64,000 bases of DNA from Candidatus Bipolaricaulota bacterium (GCA_025060395.1 JANXCC010000007.1:3308-67307); one strand, 5' to 3'; counted from the stretch's first letter, positions 36,200 to 46,139 are shown. Numbers and translations are program-made. The notes: generated from the letters alone by a model not told the origin.

Positions 36200-36877
36200 C
36201 TATCCTTTCATCTTCTTGAGCTCCTGGATGAAATTCTCACGATCACCCACAAAGCGATCGATGGCGCGGCTTGCGACCTTGAGGGGGAGCTCCTCCAAGC
36301 GCGTATAGTGCGTCCCCATCACTGCATTGATATAGTCGAGTAGTTTGGTCTCTTTGAGATTAGCTGTGCGCAGCTCCTTGCGCAAACGGGCGAGCTGGGC
36401 TTCGGTGGCCAAGGGTACGGAGGGAGCTTCTTCGGCTTCATGCTTCTTATAAAGACTTAAGCCGAATTGATCCCCAAGTGCCCGGAAGCAGCGCTTCAGC
36501 GCATCAGAGACTGCGCCCTTGAGAGCGGTCTCATAGGCACGGGCGGGATCGGTCTGGCTCACTCCAGAGCCAAACCCCACGTCCTCGTGTACCACGTCGC
36601 CGATGCGAATCCGGCACTCACAGAGATACCCGACGCTATACGTGCCTTCACTCAAATCTTCGTAAATTTTCTCTAATCGTTTGATCTCGCGCTGCCAGCC
36701 ACCATACCCAAAGATTCTATTGGCCGTCTCGATGATGTCATAGGTGGGCAGATAGGTCAACCCATCAGGACGACGTTGCACTCGCGATTCATCTAAAGGC
36801 TTCTCTAGTTCTGCAATCTGCTCTGGGGAAAAAGGGGACGCTTTGTGAGGCTTCCCTTCCTTGAAGAGATCGGGCAT
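36200..36877 (-). CDS. Rad52/Rad22-family single-strand annealing protein
   Basis: ATG 36877 follows AAGGAG. The region ...LTYLPTYDIIETANRIFGYGGWQREI...YSVGYLCECRIRIGDVVHEDVGFGSG...AYETALKGAVSDALKRCFRALGDQFGLSLY aligns motif-for-motif with the Rad52 N-terminal annealing domain. Confidence 0.75.
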   Translation of the reverse strand: MPDLFKEGKPHKASPFSPEQIAELEKPLDESRVQRRPDGLTYLPTYDIIETANRIFGYGGWQREIKRLEKIYEDLSEGTYSVGYLCECRIRIGDVVHEDVGFGSGVSQTDPARAYETALKGAVSDALKRCFRALGDQFGLSLYKKHEAEEAPSVPLATEAQLARLRKELRTANLKETKLLDYINAVMGTHYTRLEELPLKVASRAIDRFVGDRENFIQELKKMKG

Positions 36878-36976
36878 GGGCTTCAGCTCCTTTCTCACTC
36901 ACGACTCTCGCAGGAGCGCGCAAGCGATCCCCCTCTCCCCCCACGCTCACTAATCAGCCCTTGGCCCTGAGGGTGG

Positions 36977-37492
36977 TCACTCGTGCGAATGTTCCCCCTG
37001 TAAGCTCTTAATGTACGCGATGATCGCTTGAATATCGTCGTCACTGAGCTGCCCTTCGTAGACGGGCATAAGGTTCGCTTGGAAGCCCTTGGTGATCTTG
37101 GCGTTTGGGTTTAAGATGGACTCGCGAAGATAAGCATCGTCAGCGATGACCTTCGTCTCGGTGCCATCGGGCAGCACGACTTCAACTTCATGGCCATAGA
37201 GCCCCTTCCATGTGGGGCCGACGAGCGTCGTTCCGTCGGCACTGTGACATGCTGTGCACCCTACAGAAGTCGCGAGAAACTGCCCGCGAGCGACGAGCTG
37301 CTCCTCTTCAGACGGGGGAGCAGGTTGTTCGGCGGCAGGGGGCTGAGCCGGCTGTTCTGAGGCTGGGGGAGATGGTTGTGATGCCGGTTGTTGCGCCCGT
37401 TCTCCCCCTCCTCCTCCACATCCCGTCACAAAAGCAAGCACACAAGCCAAGACAATCCCGTACCACATCCTGCATCTATGACTCACGAGCAT
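36977..37492 (-). CDS. lipoprotein-anchored class I c-type cytochrome
   Basis: Lipobox (AFVTGCGG), a Pro/Ala/Gln-rich linker, the single heme motif CTACH and a distal Met (NLMPVY). Confidence 0.8.
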   Translation of the reverse strand: MLVSHRCRMWYGIVLACVLAFVTGCGGGGGERAQQPASQPSPPASEQPAQPPAAEQPAPPSEEEQLVARGQFLATSVGCTACHSADGTTLVGPTWKGLYGHEVEVVLPDGTETKVIADDAYLRESILNPNAKITKGFQANLMPVYEGQLSDDDIQAIIAYIKSLQGEHSHE

Positions 37493-37567
37493 CTACCTCC
37501 TTAGGGTATATTTTAGCTCAAATTCTCGAGGTGCTCAAAAGTCACGTCTTATGAGAGCAGAAGGCCT

Positions 37568-38440
37568 CTAGAGCCGCAGAGCGTTTCTCACGAATTCGAC
37601 GACCTGGCGTGGCGTTCTGGCTACAGGGATCCCCTGGGCTTCAAGAGCTTGTGCTTTGGCGTGAGCTGTCCCCTCCCCCCCTGAGATGATCGCCCCGGCA
37701 TGCCCCATGCGCTTGCCCGGCGGCGCTGAAAACCCCGCAATGTACGCAACTACGGGCTTGGTCATCTCGCGGGAGATGAACTCGGCAGCTCGCTCTTCGT
37801 CGGTACCCCCAATCTCACCGACCAAAACAACAGCTTTCGTTTGACGGTCTTTCTGGAAGAGCTCTAGGATATCAATGAAAGAACTCCCGATGATCGGATC
37901 GCCCCCGATCCCGACGACCGTAGACTGTCCAATCCCCACATGCGACAGCTGAGCGGCGATCTCATAGGTGAGGGTGCCGCTGCGGCTGACGATCCCCACG
38001 GGACCAGGCTTGAAGACGTGATTGGGCAGAATCCCCACCTTGGACTTGCCCGGCGAGATCACCCCCGGACAGTTAGGCCCAATCAGGCGACTCCCCCTCT
38101 GAGAGACGACGTGCACGACCTTGAGCATCTGATGAACCGGGATATGCTCTGTGATGCAAACGATCAACTTGATCCCGGCCTCAGCGGCCTCTAAGATAGC
38201 GTCGGCGGCAAACTGGGCGGGCACAAAGATTGCGCTCGCGTCGATCTTGTGGGCTTTAACGGCCTCAGCGACCGTGTTGTAGATGGGGATACCCTCGAAA
38301 TCTAAGCCGCCTTTGCCCGGCGTCACTCCAGCCACGATCTTGGTGCCATACTCACGCATCCGCTGCGCATGAAAGCTGCCTTCGCTCCCCGTGATCCCCT
38401 GGACTAAGACCGTCGTGCTGGCGTTAATGAGAATACCCAT
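37568..38440 (-). CDS. sucD: succinate--CoA ligase subunit alpha
   Basis: 290 aa with [23 protein letters not shown] and a phosphohistidine loop GHAGAII. Confidence 0.9.
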   Translation of the reverse strand: MGILINASTTVLVQGITGSEGSFHAQRMREYGTKIVAGVTPGKGGLDFEGIPIYNTVAEAVKAHKIDASAIFVPAQFAADAILEAAEAGIKLIVCITEHIPVHQMLKVVHVVSQRGSRLIGPNCPGVISPGKSKVGILPNHVFKPGPVGIVSRSGTLTYEIAAQLSHVGIGQSTVVGIGGDPIIGSSFIDILELFQKDRQTKAVVLVGEIGGTDEERAAEFISREMTKPVVAYIAGFSAPPGKRMGHAGAIISGGEGTAHAKAQALEAQGIPVARTPRQVVEFVRNALRL

Positions 38441-38526
38441 GACATGTGAGTATAAAAGAAGCTACGGCGGGCTGCAACAAGGTTGTGGAGGGCAAGATTT
38501 CTTGCTACTGTACATACCGGAGCGTT

Positions 38527-39072
38527 ATGGACATCGATCGGACGATCATCGAGCGCCAGATAGGTCGGCCTCCGCGAGGCGTGCTCAACGTCGAGGTACG
38601 CTGCCCATGGGGGTATCCTGCGGTCATTCGTGTTGCCCCGTTGCTCATTGAGGACGATAGAATCGAGCCGTTCCCCACGCTCTTCTGGCTGACATGTCCG
38701 ATCTTACGGGAGCAACTGGCTCGGTTAGAAGAGCGCGGGGTCATAGCCCAGGTAGAAGCCGAGCTCGCGCGCGACGCCACTCTCCAGGCGCGCTATATCG
38801 AAGATCACCGCCGCTACGCGGCAGAGCGTTTCGCGCTCCTCGCCCCTCACGAGCGAGAGCTCTTGCAGGAGCGCGGCTGGCTGGAAGCACTACGCGATCG
38901 CGGGATCGCCGGGATCGCCGATCTGCGCACCGTCAAGTGCCTCCATGCGCATTATGCGCATCACCTAGCGCGCAAGAGCACAATCGGACGCTGGCTGGAT
39001 AAACGCTTTCCGCTCTCGTGGTGCCCTGCCGAGGATATCCGCTGCCAACGGTTATCCACAAACAGTCGCTGA
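38527..39072 (+). CDS. DUF501 domain protein
   Basis: The start MDIDRTIIERQIGR is at 38527. It has RCPWGYPAVIRV...PFPTLFWLTCP...VKCLHAHYAHHLA. Confidence 0.7.
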   Translation: MDIDRTIIERQIGRPPRGVLNVEVRCPWGYPAVIRVAPLLIEDDRIEPFPTLFWLTCPILREQLARLEERGVIAQVEAELARDATLQARYIEDHRRYAAERFALLAPHERELLQERGWLEALRDRGIAGIADLRTVKCLHAHYAHHLARKSTIGRWLDKRFPLSWCPAEDIRCQRLSTNSR

Positions 39073-40008
39073 TCGTTTCTCTATAGCTGTCCACAACATG
39101 CGTTCGACTAGCTCGTCAAAGCCAATACCCGCCGCGGCCGCAGCCTTCGGCAAATCGCTGGTGTTAGTCATCCCCGGAAGCGTGTTGACTTCAAGGAGAT
39201 ACGGCTTATCCGTAGGAGTGACGCGGAGATCCACCCGCGAAAACCCAAAACAACCAAGCGCGCGATGAGCGTGAAGCGCGAGCTGCTGCACACGCACTGT
39301 CGTTGCCTCGGCGAGCTCCGCAGGGATGAGAAACTCACACTCACCCGGAGTGTATTTGGCGATATAGTCATAAAATTCTCGGTGAGGGCGCAGTTCGATG
39401 AGCGGGAGCACACGATCCTCTCCATCTATACGTAAGATCCCAGCCGTAATCTCTTTGCCGGGGATGAACGCCTCGACGAAGAAGGCCCCAAACTCTGCAT
39501 ACGTCGCCTGGCATGCCGGGATAAGCTCTTCACGGGTATGCACGATGCGCACCCCTATGCTGGAGCCCTCGCGCACGGGCTTGACGACGCAAGGAAAGCC
39601 AAGCTCGGCCGTGACACGCTCGTCCCACGTGGCCCACGGCTCCCCCGTGTACTCGAGCCAGGGAGCTGTAGGCAGATGATAACTGACAAAGACGCGCTTG
39701 GCCTGCGGCTTATTCATGGCTAGAGCACTGGCCAAGACCCCCGATCCGACATAGGGAATCCCTAAAACCTCCAACAGGGCTTGGATCGTCCCGTCTTCCC
39801 CTATCCCTCCGTGCAAGCAGAGAAACGCGATGTCTATCTGAGCGAGCGCTGGGATGATATGATCGGGATGATCGAGCACGATCGCTTGAGCGCGATATCC
39901 TAGCCGCACGAGTGCTTCGTAGACATTCCGTCCCGATCGTAACGAGACCTCGCGCTCAGGCGAGATCCCCCCCATCAGAACCCCGATCCGCTGGCGCTTC
40001 AGATCCAT
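39052..40008 (-). CDS. ddl: D-alanine--D-alanine ligase
   Basis: 318 aa with GGISPEREVSLRSG, an ATP-grasp region (VVKPVREGSSIGV) and C-terminal EVNTLPGMT. Confidence 0.9.
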   Translation of the reverse strand: MDLKRQRIGVLMGGISPEREVSLRSGRNVYEALVRLGYRAQAIVLDHPDHIIPALAQIDIAFLCLHGGIGEDGTIQALLEVLGIPYVGSGVLASALAMNKPQAKRVFVSYHLPTAPWLEYTGEPWATWDERVTAELGFPCVVKPVREGSSIGVRIVHTREELIPACQATYAEFGAFFVEAFIPGKEITAGILRIDGEDRVLPLIELRPHREFYDYIAKYTPGECEFLIPAELAEATTVRVQQLALHAHRALGCFGFSRVDLRVTPTDKPYLLEVNTLPGMTNTSDLPKAAAAAGIGFDELVERMLWTAIEKRSATVCG

Positions 40009-40120
40009 ATTATGACTCTATCCCCTCCAAGCTCGCTCGGCAAGGAGCCCTGTCTTCCCCGGCGGGAAGGACAGTGAGCACCTTCTCCCCAAAGGCCCAG
40101 CACAAAACCATGAACTGCTC

Positions 40121-40149
40121 TTGACAATATCTCCTGAGGCAGCTATAAT
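40121..40149 (+). promoter_or_regulatory. sigma-70-type promoter of rpoD
   Basis: TTGACA (40121-40126), 17-nt spacer, TATAAT (40144-40149), leaving a 5' UTR of about 110 nt. Confidence 0.55.
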
Positions 40150-40267
40150 GTTTTTGCTTTGGACCAAGTTGTGGGAGTCTTGCTGTCCTCTGGCAGGGCC
40201 AGGGGTTTCTTTGTATCTGAACCCTCGCGACCTTCGTTTAGAATAGAGTCGAAGGAGGAGCTTCCTT

Positions 40268-41242
40268 ATGCGCCCCGACGAGGAGACAGAGCTTTTTGAA
40301 ATGAACAACGAAGAAGAGTTCGAAGAAGAGTTTGAGGAGGAGCTTGACACGGAATTGGCCCTCGACGAGGAGTTGGAGGGTGACCTCTCAGAAGATTTAG
40401 TCAAGCTCTACCTCCAAGAGATCGGCAAAATCCCGCTGCTGACGCGCGAGGAGGAAGTGAAGCTGGCCAAGCGAGTCGCTCGCGGCGATAAGAAAGCGAA
40501 AGAACAATTAGCGCTGGCGAACTTGCGCTTGGTCGTCTCTATCGCCAAGAAGCACCAAGGCAGCGGGCTGTCCCTGCTAGATCTCATTCAAGAGGGGAAT
40601 ATCGGCTTGATGAAAGCAATCGAGAAATTCGATTATCGGAAAGGGTACAAGTTCAGCACCTATGCGACGTGGTGGATTCGTCAAGCGATCAGCCGAGCCA
40701 TTGCTGATAAAGCGCGGACGATCCGGATTCCCACCCACGTCCTCGAGCTGATGCGGCGCATCTACAAAGCCGAAGAAGAATATGTCCAAGAGAAAGGGGA
40801 GCCGCCCAGCAGCCAGGAGCTCGCCAGGATGCTGGGCGTGCCCGTCGAAGAGATCGAACGGGTGAAGAAGATCAGCCCATACACGCGCTCGTTTGAAGAG
40901 CCCATCGGCGACGAAGAAGAGGGCTCGGTGTTAGGCGACTTCATCGGGCGGACGAAGTCCTCCCCGCTCCAGCAAGCTTTTTCAGAGATGCAGCGCGAGG
41001 AGCTGCGCAAAGCGATCAACGAGCTGAGCGAGCGCGAGCGCAAAGTCTTAGATCTGCGGTTTGGGCTGAGCGGACAGCAGCCTATGACCCTCGAAGAAGT
41101 CGGGAAGGTCTTTGGGCTGAGCCGTGAGCGCATCCGCCAGATCGAGAAAGAGGCCTTGGAGCGCCTAAAGGCTATGAAGCTCCGCCAGAAGCTAATCTCG
41201 TTTGAGAATCTTATCCAGGAGAGCGAAATTCACATGAATTGA
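40268..41242 (+). CDS. rpoD: primary RNA polymerase sigma factor (group 1, short acidic N-terminus)
   Basis: 324 aa with region 2 ([36 protein letters not shown]), region 3 and region 4.2 ([20 protein letters not shown]). Confidence 0.9.
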   Translation: MRPDEETELFEMNNEEEFEEEFEEELDTELALDEELEGDLSEDLVKLYLQEIGKIPLLTREEEVKLAKRVARGDKKAKEQLALANLRLVVSIAKKHQGSGLSLLDLIQEGNIGLMKAIEKFDYRKGYKFSTYATWWIRQAISRAIADKARTIRIPTHVLELMRRIYKAEEEYVQEKGEPPSSQELARMLGVPVEEIERVKKISPYTRSFEEPIGDEEEGSVLGDFIGRTKSSPLQQAFSEMQREELRKAINELSERERKVLDLRFGLSGQQPMTLEEVGKVFGLSRERIRQIEKEALERLKAMKLRQKLISFENLIQESEIHMN

Positions 41243-41246
41243 TAGC

Positions 41247-41573
41247 CTAGCCCCCGCAGGCGCACCCTCCTGCCCCTTCGGCGTGAGCTTTGGGATTGTC
41301 GATGAAGAATCCCTGCTCAGGGCCGTCCATGAAATCGAGGGTCGCTTCATCGAGGAGCGCACTGCTCATTTGATCTAAGAAGATCTTCACCGGCCCGGCG
41401 TGGATGATCGTGTCCCCCGGCGCGCTCTCTTTCTCTAAAAAGAGCCCATAAGCTGGACCACAACAGCTGCACCCTCCCAGCTGTGCAACGATACGGAGGG
41501 CGTAATCCGTCTTGCCCTCGCTCTGCAAGAACTGATAGAGCGCTTGGGCAGCTCTCTCCGTCACTGTTAGCAT
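41247..41573 (-). CDS. HesB/IscA-family iron-sulfur cluster insertion protein
   Basis: 108 aa with MLTVTERAAQAL..., an internal Cys and a C-terminal CxCG-type motif (GGCACGG). Confidence 0.75.
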   Translation of the reverse strand: MLTVTERAAQALYQFLQSEGKTDYALRIVAQLGGCSCCGPAYGLFLEKESAPGDTIIHAGPVKIFLDQMSSALLDEATLDFMDGPEQGFFIDNPKAHAEGAGGCACGG

Positions 41574-41666
41574 CAGATATCACTCCTTAGGACACTAGAT
41601 GGTCTATTATAACAAGATAGTGTGGGGGTTGCGAAACTCGGACTATTTTAGTATACTTTTGAAGAC

Positions 41667-42209
41667 ATGAGAGAGACAGCTGAGGGAATCGTCGTAAGTC
41701 AGGCTGTTGATCGGGTGCGCGTGCGGGTTTATCGCACCGGGACGTGTGAAAACTGCTCGTGTGTGCTGAGCACAGCGTGTACACCCGAAGAAGTCGACCG
41801 GCGTCGCGGGATCTTGGGAAGCCTCCTGCGCCAGTCTTCAGTAATAGAGATCGAGGCGCTCAATGAAGCCGGAGCTGTTCCTGGAGATCGCGTTGAGCTC
41901 CAGCTCCGATCGAATGCGTCGGTCGTAAAGGCTTCGGCATTGCTCTACCTCATCCCGGCAGTGATGTTTGTGGTAGGGGTTGTGGGTGGCGGGTGGTGGG
42001 GTGTGACACGCTGGGGCCTCTCAGGAGATGCTGTTATCCTTGTCCAGGTTGCTTGTGGCTTTGGACTGATGATGGTGAGCTTTGCGTTCGCTGCGCTCTA
42101 TGCGAGGCGACGCGAGCGCGCCGAATTCACCCCTATAGCCACAAAAGTCCTCTTCAAAGCTGAGGGTCAACATCCACCGTCACCAAGTCGGTCAACTTCA
42201 ACTCCGTGA
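41667..42209 (+). CDS. RseC/MucC-family (SoxR-reducing system) membrane protein
   Basis: The N-terminal beta domain has a Cys cluster (RTGTCENCSC) and is followed by two TM helices. Its 3' end overlaps the convergent priA by 56 nt. Confidence 0.6.
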   Translation: MRETAEGIVVSQAVDRVRVRVYRTGTCENCSCVLSTACTPEEVDRRRGILGSLLRQSSVIEIEALNEAGAVPGDRVELQLRSNASVVKASALLYLIPAVMFVVGVVGGGWWGVTRWGLSGDAVILVQVACGFGLMMVSFAFAALYARRRERAEFTPIATKVLFKAEGQHPPSPSRSTSTP

Positions 42210-44304
42210 TGGCCTCCCAGACGATTTTTTGTCTAGATGCTATAGGGGTTTTGAGCAAGAGTTGCCAGCGGAATCGTCCACGCAGTCGATAGGGGAGCGC
42301 TTGTGCCGGGCCGAGCACCTCTCCGATTTTCATGGCTTCTAAGCGCTCTTTGAGCCGATCCGCTTGCTCACGCGCCTTTGCTTCGTGGCTGTGTTCGACC
42401 ACGATAAGGATAAGCTGGGTGAAAGGTGGATATCCCAAGGCCTCGCGCAATGCGATCTCGTGCTCGTAGAACGCGCGATAGTCTTGAGCGGCGGCCAACT
42501 GAATGATCGTGTTTTCAGGGTGCCGGGTCTGGATGATGACCTCGCCGGGGCGCTCGCCGCGCCCGGCTCGTCCAGCAGCCTGGGAGATGAGTTGGAACGT
42601 GCGCTCCCCCGCACGAAAGTCTGGAAAATCCAGGAGGGTATCTGCCGAGACGATCCCTACCAACGTGACGTTGGGAAAGTCCAGCCCGAGCCCGATCATC
42701 TGGGTACCTATGAGGATTTGAATCTCTCCCTGGCGGAAGGCTTCTAGGATGGCGGCGTGTTCGCCGCGTCGCACGCTCTCGGAGTCCATCCGCCGGGAGT
42801 GCGCCTGGGGGAAGCTGCTCCGGACTTCAAGCTCCAGGCGTTCTGTACCCCCGCCCTCGAAGAAGAGTTCCGTCGAGCCGCAGGTGCGACACCGAGGCAT
42901 CTTCAGCCTATACCCGCAGTAGCGGCAGCGAAGCTCTTGCTCGCGCATGTGCACCGTCAAGGCAATCTGACAGAGAGGACACTGCACCGTCTGCCGACAG
43001 CGCCGACAGATCGCGATGGAGTAGCCTAGTCTGTTTAACAAGAGCATGACTTGCTCGCGGTTGTGAAGGCGCTGCTCGATCTTAGCGCGCAAGATTGGGC
43101 TCAGGAGATTCTTGCGCTCCCTCATATCTACGATGCGGATTGTCGGGGGCTGGGTGGGGACGACGCGCTCCGTCAGCTCGAGCAACTGATAGCGTCCGCG
43201 CTGCGCGTGAAAATAGCTCTCTACGCTAGGGGTGGCACTACCCAAGACGACCGTTGCCCTGGCGAGCGCTGCGCGCTGAAGCGCCACATCCCGAACGTGA
43301 TATCTGGGCGCGATATCATCTTGTTTATAGGTGCTCTCGTGTTCCTCGTCGATCACGATGAGCTTGAGATTGGGGCATGGGGCGAAGAGCGCAGCCCGCA
43401 CCCCGATAGCGATCTGAGCGTCGCCGCTCTTGAGACGATACCATTGGCGCGCGCGCTCGGTGTCCGTCAAGCCGCTGTGATAGACGGCGATCTGCGCGCC
43501 AAAGTAATTCTTGAAGCGCGCTATCAGCTGAGGGGTAAGGGAGATCTCTGGGACGAGGACAATCGCCTGGCCACCGTGCGCTAGGACATCTTGACATGCC
43601 CTCACATAGACTTCTGTTTTGCCGCTATTGTTGACGCCATGGAGCAAGAAGACCCCTCCCTGAGCGCGGGTGATGGCTTGAAGAGCGCGCTGCTGCCCTG
43701 CATTCAGGGTGATCTTCTTAGGGGCTTCATGAAATTCCTGGTGTTCACGTGGTCTCCTTGTGATAGTGACAAGCCCCGCTTTTGCCAGGGCGCGCAATGG
43801 CCCGGAACCACATCCCACCCGCGCCAACAGCTCTCGTTCGGGGATAGCTTGGGCAGCAAGCAGCGCGCGCAGCAGGGCGGCTTGCTGGGGTGCGCGCCGG
43901 CTCCGCTCCTCGATCTGCGCTAAGAGCTCTGGGAGCGGAACGCTGAGCTGTACGTATCGAAGTACGTTCTCGCGCTTGGGAGGAGTATAGCCTGGGGCTA
44001 TGGCGTGCAAGACGATTCCCAACGGCGTCAGATAATAATTAGAGATCCAATGAGCTAAGGCAAGATCGAGCTCGTTGAGCTCTGGCTCTTGTGCTACAAG
44101 GGCGATGATCTCGCGCAACCGACTTGCCAATGGGCTGCTCTCTTTAAGAGCGATGACGAATCCCTCAAGCTGGTCATGCTCCCGAAATGGCACGCGCACG
44201 CGCTGCCCGACCCTGATTGTGTCGCGTAGCGCTTCAGGGATCTTATAGTCGAATGTCTGATCCACAGCTAAAGGGATCGCGACCTCAGCGATAGCGGGGC
44301 TCAT
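42154..44304 (-). CDS. priA: primosomal protein N' (replication restart helicase PriA)
   Basis: The start MSPAIAEVAIPLAVDQTFDYKIP is at 44304 and overlaps the upstream stop (ATGA). It has Walker A GVNNSGKT, DEEH and a Cys-rich zinc region (CRRCRQTVQCPLC...CRYCGY...CRTCGS). Confidence 0.9.
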   Translation of the reverse strand: MSPAIAEVAIPLAVDQTFDYKIPEALRDTIRVGQRVRVPFREHDQLEGFVIALKESSPLASRLREIIALVAQEPELNELDLALAHWISNYYLTPLGIVLHAIAPGYTPPKRENVLRYVQLSVPLPELLAQIEERSRRAPQQAALLRALLAAQAIPERELLARVGCGSGPLRALAKAGLVTITRRPREHQEFHEAPKKITLNAGQQRALQAITRAQGGVFLLHGVNNSGKTEVYVRACQDVLAHGGQAIVLVPEISLTPQLIARFKNYFGAQIAVYHSGLTDTERARQWYRLKSGDAQIAIGVRAALFAPCPNLKLIVIDEEHESTYKQDDIAPRYHVRDVALQRAALARATVVLGSATPSVESYFHAQRGRYQLLELTERVVPTQPPTIRIVDMRERKNLLSPILRAKIEQRLHNREQVMLLLNRLGYSIAICRRCRQTVQCPLCQIALTVHMREQELRCRYCGYRLKMPRCRTCGSTELFFEGGGTERLELEVRSSFPQAHSRRMDSESVRRGEHAAILEAFRQGEIQILIGTQMIGLGLDFPNVTLVGIVSADTLLDFPDFRAGERTFQLISQAAGRAGRGERPGEVIIQTRHPENTIIQLAAAQDYRAFYEHEIALREALGYPPFTQLILIVVEHSHEAKAREQADRLKERLEAMKIGEVLGPAQALPYRLRGRFRWQLLLKTPIASRQKIVWEAITELKLTDLVTVDVDPQL

Positions 44305-46139
44305 GGCACAAGCTCGATCTGCCATGGCGAGCGCACGATAATCTGCGGTTGCCCTTGATACTGGGAGAACTCGCCAGTCACGCGGATCTTCTTCTTCGTA
44401 TAGAACGACGCGGGATCGATCCCAAGCCCACGAAAGCGCGGTTCATAGCTCTTAAATACGATCACCGAGAGGCGACGGGCATAATCCCGATCAGACTGGA
44501 TCCGGATAACGCTTCCCGATACCGTCGTGTCGACGACGGTGAACTCCGTTGTCACCAACTTCTCCAAATAGCGTTCGGGGTGAGTCTCGAGCGCTCTTGT
44601 GGGCGTCAGGCCTAGCACGACGCGCTCGCGGCTGTTGACGCGCCACTGCGGGCCAAGACACTGCGTCGCAGCCTTGCAATCGAGATCATCGCAGTCTACA
44701 GAGCGATCCCCGTCGTTATCTAGTGTATCGTCGCAATCGCACTCCTCGCGAGCCCCGGCAAGCGGGCAGGACGGCGCTTGCACCGTAAGCACGAACTCGT
44801 TCGACCAATCCGTGAGCTGACCGTTCACGGACCCGCGCATCCGATAGAACCAGCGTTGGCCGACCTGGACGTCATGATCGACAAAATAGCGATGAGTCGG
44901 GGGGATCTGCGAGTAGACGCGCTGGCAGGGCCCAAACGATTCTTGCGCTCGGCATAGTTCATAGAAATCCACGGGTCGCTGGAGATGCGGCCGCCATTCG
45001 ATGCGTGCCAGCACATCTTGCGTGTTGTAATGACGGATCGTGACGCGCGGCGGCAGCAGCGGCGTCTGATCATACTGCATGGCGTCGCGCTTGAGGCGCT
45101 CAAAGTGTTGGGAGAACTGGGCTGCAATACTTGGGCTTTCTAGGACCAAAAGATTCTCGTCGTTATTGAAGAACCCGCTATCAGACCAATTCGTCGAGCC
45201 GACAAGCACCTTGTGCCCATCGATCACGGCAAACTTGTGGTGTGCTAGCCCTGGCAGAGCATCGACGACACCGATCCCCAACCGCAGCGCGTCGTCTATC
45301 TCGGAGTCTTCGAAGCGCTCCCAGCCCCGGAAGTCCCAGACGGCTTCGATCGCCACGCCGCGAGCTTGCGCCGCTGCCAGCTCCGCCATCAGCAGATCAT
45401 CGGTGAAGTAGAACATCGCGATCTGTATAGACTTTTTTGCGTTACGGATCGCGTCCCGCACGATCTTCTGCGGAGCGCCACTGGGGGTAAAGTAGACCCC
45501 GACTCCCCCTGAGTCGATTAGGTAAGTGCGCAGCTGCGTGAAGACCCTGCCGTCATATTTTTGTTGGCCGAACCGATCTTTGAGAAACATCTCCTCGAAC
45601 TCCGCGGTGAAGATACGAGCCAAAGGCTCGTGGCGGATGACCAAGGCGGCGTTAGCGTCGAAGAGCAGCTCTCTCTCGGTCCAATTCAGTGAGCCTGTCC
45701 AGATGAGGATCTTATCAAAGACTGCGAACTTATGGTGCATAGTGTGATCGAAGCGTGCGCGGGCATCGGCGCTAGCGTCGGTTCTTAGGGTGACACAGGG
45801 GAGGTTGTGGAGCTGGCTATAGGCGCTGGGGAACTCCTCTACCGACGATTGATCCGTGACGATACGCACCAAGACCCCTCGCGCGCAGGCGCGCTGAAGA
45901 GCTTCTACCACCGGTTGATAGGTCATCCGGTAGACCGCCGCATCGATCGTCTTTTGTGCTGAATCTATGAGGGTAATCAGCGCGCGATCTACACCGTTGG
46001 CTTGAGCGGTGGGCTTATCCATGTGAGGGAGACCGGCTAGGGGATCGGTGAAGTAAACGACGATGGGATCGCCCCCTGAAGGTACGGATATGGGCCATCC
46101 TATGCTGCAAACAAGCAAGACGAGTCCGAGCTTTTTCAT
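44301..46139 (-). CDS. secreted phospholipase D-family (HKD) nuclease-like protein with a C-terminal extension
   Basis: 612 aa with a signal peptide and two HKD motifs (HHKFAVFD...GSLNW and HHKFAVIDG...GSTNWS). An FN3-like segment, an Asp/Cys-rich segment (DCDDTLDNDGDRSVDCDDLDC) and an OB-like tail follow. Confidence 0.75.
   Translation of the reverse strand: MKKLGLVLLVCSIGWPISVPSGGDPIVVYFTDPLAGLPHMDKPTAQANGVDRALITLIDSAQKTIDAAVYRMTYQPVVEALQRACARGVLVRIVTDQSSVEEFPSAYSQLHNLPCVTLRTDASADARARFDHTMHHKFAVFDKILIWTGSLNWTERELLFDANAALVIRHEPLARIFTAEFEEMFLKDRFGQQKYDGRVFTQLRTYLIDSGGVGVYFTPSGAPQKIVRDAIRNAKKSIQIAMFYFTDDLLMAELAAAQARGVAIEAVWDFRGWERFEDSEIDDALRLGIGVVDALPGLAHHKFAVIDGHKVLVGSTNWSDSGFFNNDENLLVLESPSIAAQFSQHFERLKRDAMQYDQTPLLPPRVTIRHYNTQDVLARIEWRPHLQRPVDFYELCRAQESFGPCQRVYSQIPPTHRYFVDHDVQVGQRWFYRMRGSVNGQLTDWSNEFVLTVQAPSCPLAGAREECDCDDTLDNDGDRSVDCDDLDCKAATQCLGPQWRVNSRERVVLGLTPTRALETHPERYLEKLVTTEFTVVDTTVSGSVIRIQSDRDYARRLSVIVFKSYEPRFRGLGIDPASFYTKKKIRVTGEFSQYQGQPQIIVRSPWQIELVP

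Noticed and set aside
36200-36898. A prophage or mobile-element context for the Rad52-like gene.
   Set aside because: The flanking genes are ychF, infB, cytochrome c and sucD. There is no integrase, terminase, exonuclease, repeat boundary or compositional break that I can see.
40018-40404. A 128-aa Ser-rich minus-strand ORF.
   Set aside because: It is the antisense reading of the GAA/GAG-rich acidic N-terminus of rpoD and of the rpoD 5' UTR, so it is a low-complexity artefact.
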